A stretch of DNA of 64,000 bases from the human T2T-CHM13v2.0 reference genome, Homo sapiens. How positions within the stretch are numbered: the first letter of the stretch is position 1; every line of letters begins with the position of its first letter. The stretch lies in the NCBI RefSeq assembly GCF_009914755.1, contig NC_060944.1, one strand, 5' to 3'. This document shows positions 61,863 through 64,000 of the stretch, piece by piece. Under the pieces are notes generated by a model, which was not told where the DNA came from, made no database searches, and worked only from the letters and a program-made list of their open reading frames with translations. The position numbers and the translations under genes are program-made.

Positions 61863-62192
61863 TTAGGGCTAGGGGTTAGGCATATGAGCGGTGTTAAGGC
61901 CAGGACTAGGATTAGGACTATAATTAAGGGTTAAGGGTATGTTTAGAACTAGGATAGGATTACTGTTAGGGTTAAAGTTAGGTTAGAACTGAAACTAGAG
62001 CTAAGTTTAGGGTTAGAACCAGAGCTAGGCTAGGTTTAGGGTTAAGTTTAGATTTAAGCTAGGATCTGGGTTAAATTGGGGATGAGATCTGGCATTAGGT
62101 GAGGGTGAGATTTAAACCTAATGTTACGATTTGAGCTTAGGTTATATTAGGAACAGTGTCAAGACTAGGGTAAAGGTAAGGTGAGAGTTAGA
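61863..62192 (+). repeat. Degenerate telomere-like (TTAGGG)n tract
   Basis: Four exact TTAGGG and many hexamer variants (CTAGGG, TAAGGG, TTAGGA, TGAGGG, TTAGAA) with ~6-nt periodicity and strong G-over-C strand bias. Confidence 0.75.
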
Positions 62193-62253
62193 GTGTGATC
62201 TTGACCAAATCACATTCTCTGAAATAGTTTCCTCTTCTCTAAAATGATGACAA
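62193..62253 (+). mobile_element. MIR core fragment (resumes after MER52 at ~63680)
   Basis: tgtgatcttgaccaaatcac...agtttcctcttctctaaaatg. Confidence 0.65.
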
Positions 62254-63679
62254 TGTCACAAGATCTTTGGGGTGTTGCTTCTCCAGCCAGAAACCTCTGT
62301 GGCTGGTGGCACCTTTGCCTGAGTTTTGGTTGGAATTGCTGGGCTCATTCCACCAACTTGGCCTGGCAGGCTGAACTCAGCTCATACTACCAGCCCCGAT
62401 TCCACACCTGCCAAGAATGAGCCAGGCATGGAGCAGTGAGGGGTGTGTGAGTGAGCAAGCATGGGGTCCAGCCACTGCGCAAAGCCAGGCTTGCCAGCTG
62501 CAGTGGTGTGGGCAGCTCCAGGTGCTGGCATGGGTGCTGGCTCCCTGAGAGGCTATGGCTGGACCAGGCATACTGCTAGCATCTTCCACTGTGGGCATTG
62601 GGAAACATGGTGGTGCCCAGAAGCTTGGAAACATTAAGGAACCACAGGGCCCCAAAGAGGGTGTCACAGCCCTAGCTCAGGAAGCTTCTAGGTCTGAGCT
62701 CCTCAAAGGGCAACAGCTCTTCACTCCTTCTCTCTTATCTTCATCTCATTACCCACGATGTGGCAAGGAAGGGGGCATGTTTCAGCCCCGTTTGTGTTAC
62801 AGCTCTTTCAGTTCCACCACTCAGTGGGTCTGCATCCAGGAAGAATGAGGTACCTGGACAACATGAGGGTGATCAAAGGAAAGAAGTGCTTTATTGAGCA
62901 ACAGCACAGCTCTCACGAAACTGGAAGCGGGTAGCTCCTTTCCACAGGCAGGTTGTCCAGACATCTGCTGGAGTCTGGCTGAGTCCAAGGTTTTTATGGG
63001 CTTCAGAGAGGAGGAGGTGTGTGCTGATTGGTCCAGGGGTGACCATGGGTGGGCCTGGAAAGAGCACCAGAAATTCTCACTCCATCAGCAGAACTGCAGC
63101 CTGACCCCTAGGCTTCAGGCCATCCTGGGCCTGAAGGTGGGTCTTTCCTGGGGACCCACCCCTTTCTGCTCAGGGGCCTCTCTGCCTCCTGCTGCCATCA
63201 ACCTACAGTCCACAGCACCCAGGTGCCTGTAGGCCCATGCCAAGCTGCCCTTACCCCCCTGCTCAGCTTCCCTTCCATGCTCATTGGTGCCCAAAGTTCA
63301 GAGGGGGCCAAGGTGGCAGGGGGCTGGCATGTCAGAGCTGCCCCAAGCATGCATACACACAGCCGAGGTGCAACAACACCCAGGTTCAGTTTCAACTTTG
63401 CTTCATAATTGGAAGAGGCATTAGGAGCGGCAAGAGGCCAGGCAGGGGAGCAGGCACTTCCAAGCTGGCAGGGAAGGGGGGCTTCCGGACCCCCGAGAGT
63501 GCAAAGATTCCTGGATGTGCAGCTGCAACTGAGTGGCTGCAGCTGCGCCTAGAAGGGTGAGGCTCCTGCCTGATCCCAGCTCCTGCTGGCTCCATGGGGT
63601 GCACAGCCCTGGCCATGCCTTCCCCACTGCAAGTGGCGTCATGGCAGTGGCTGCTCCAGATAGGCCATCACTGACATCA
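62254..63679 (-). mobile_element. MER52 (A-like) ERV1 solo LTR
   Basis: Minus strand starts tgatgtcagtgatggcctatctggagcagccactgccatgacgcc and ends gatcttgtgaca; flanks acaa/atga fit a 4-bp ACGA TSD after CpG decay. Confidence 0.85.
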
Positions 63680-64000
63680 ATGACATTCACCTTATAGTGC
63701 TCTTATGTGGAGAAAGTATTCTACTCCACAAGAAAGCTCTTAGAAAGCTCCAAATTACAATGAAAACTGATATTATTTTTTCAGTATTATTACATGTATA
63801 GATCAAAACTGTATTTGTCCAGAGCAAAGTTAGGTTTGACATAGTTTGGTTAAGGTGATGTGATTTTTTTAAATAAATATTATTGTTTATAGTCAATCCT
63901 AATTCATTCCAAAATAAGCATTCACTAAATGCTGCATGCTATATATATTGTGCTTACTGCTTTAAAGTGTTTGCAGGGAAATGTGTTTATATGACATTGT

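Noticed and set aside
62377-63690. Cluster of 65-112 aa ORFs
   Set aside because: All inside the MER52 LTR.

Overview
AT-rich, transposon-dense human genomic DNA. Human origin is inferred from a full-length AluYb8 at 56772-57088. I recognise no protein-coding exon and no functional RNA gene. The long ORFs fall in L1, Alu or LTR sequence, or resemble no protein I recognise, so the window looks intergenic or deep intronic. It contains large old L1s (an L1MA-type block at ~12.1-22.9 kb with a duplicated 5'UTR-ORF1 half; L1MC/MD/ME blocks at 25-35 kb and 46-51 kb), three young L1PA 3' ends, about 14 Alus, solo LTRs (LTR22-like, MLT2, MSTA, LTR12, MER4, MER52, MLT1, LTR33/16-like), three MADE1 (Hsmar1) MITEs, a full-length 7SL pseudogene and a degenerate telomere-like tract. 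I do not see a clearly new biological system. The most unusual structures directly visible are: (1) a young L1 insertion whose 5' junction carries a perfect 40-bp inverted copy of the flanking DNA; (2) several other fold-back or templated-insertion scars; (3) a TTAGGG-like tract set inside a MIR with an apparent target duplication, directly after a consensus-like 43-nt candidate exon; (4) the tandem L1MA 5'UTR-ORF1 duplication. Subfamily names come from recalled consensus sequences and need RepeatMasker/Dfam confirmation. Boundaries of old elements are approximate.
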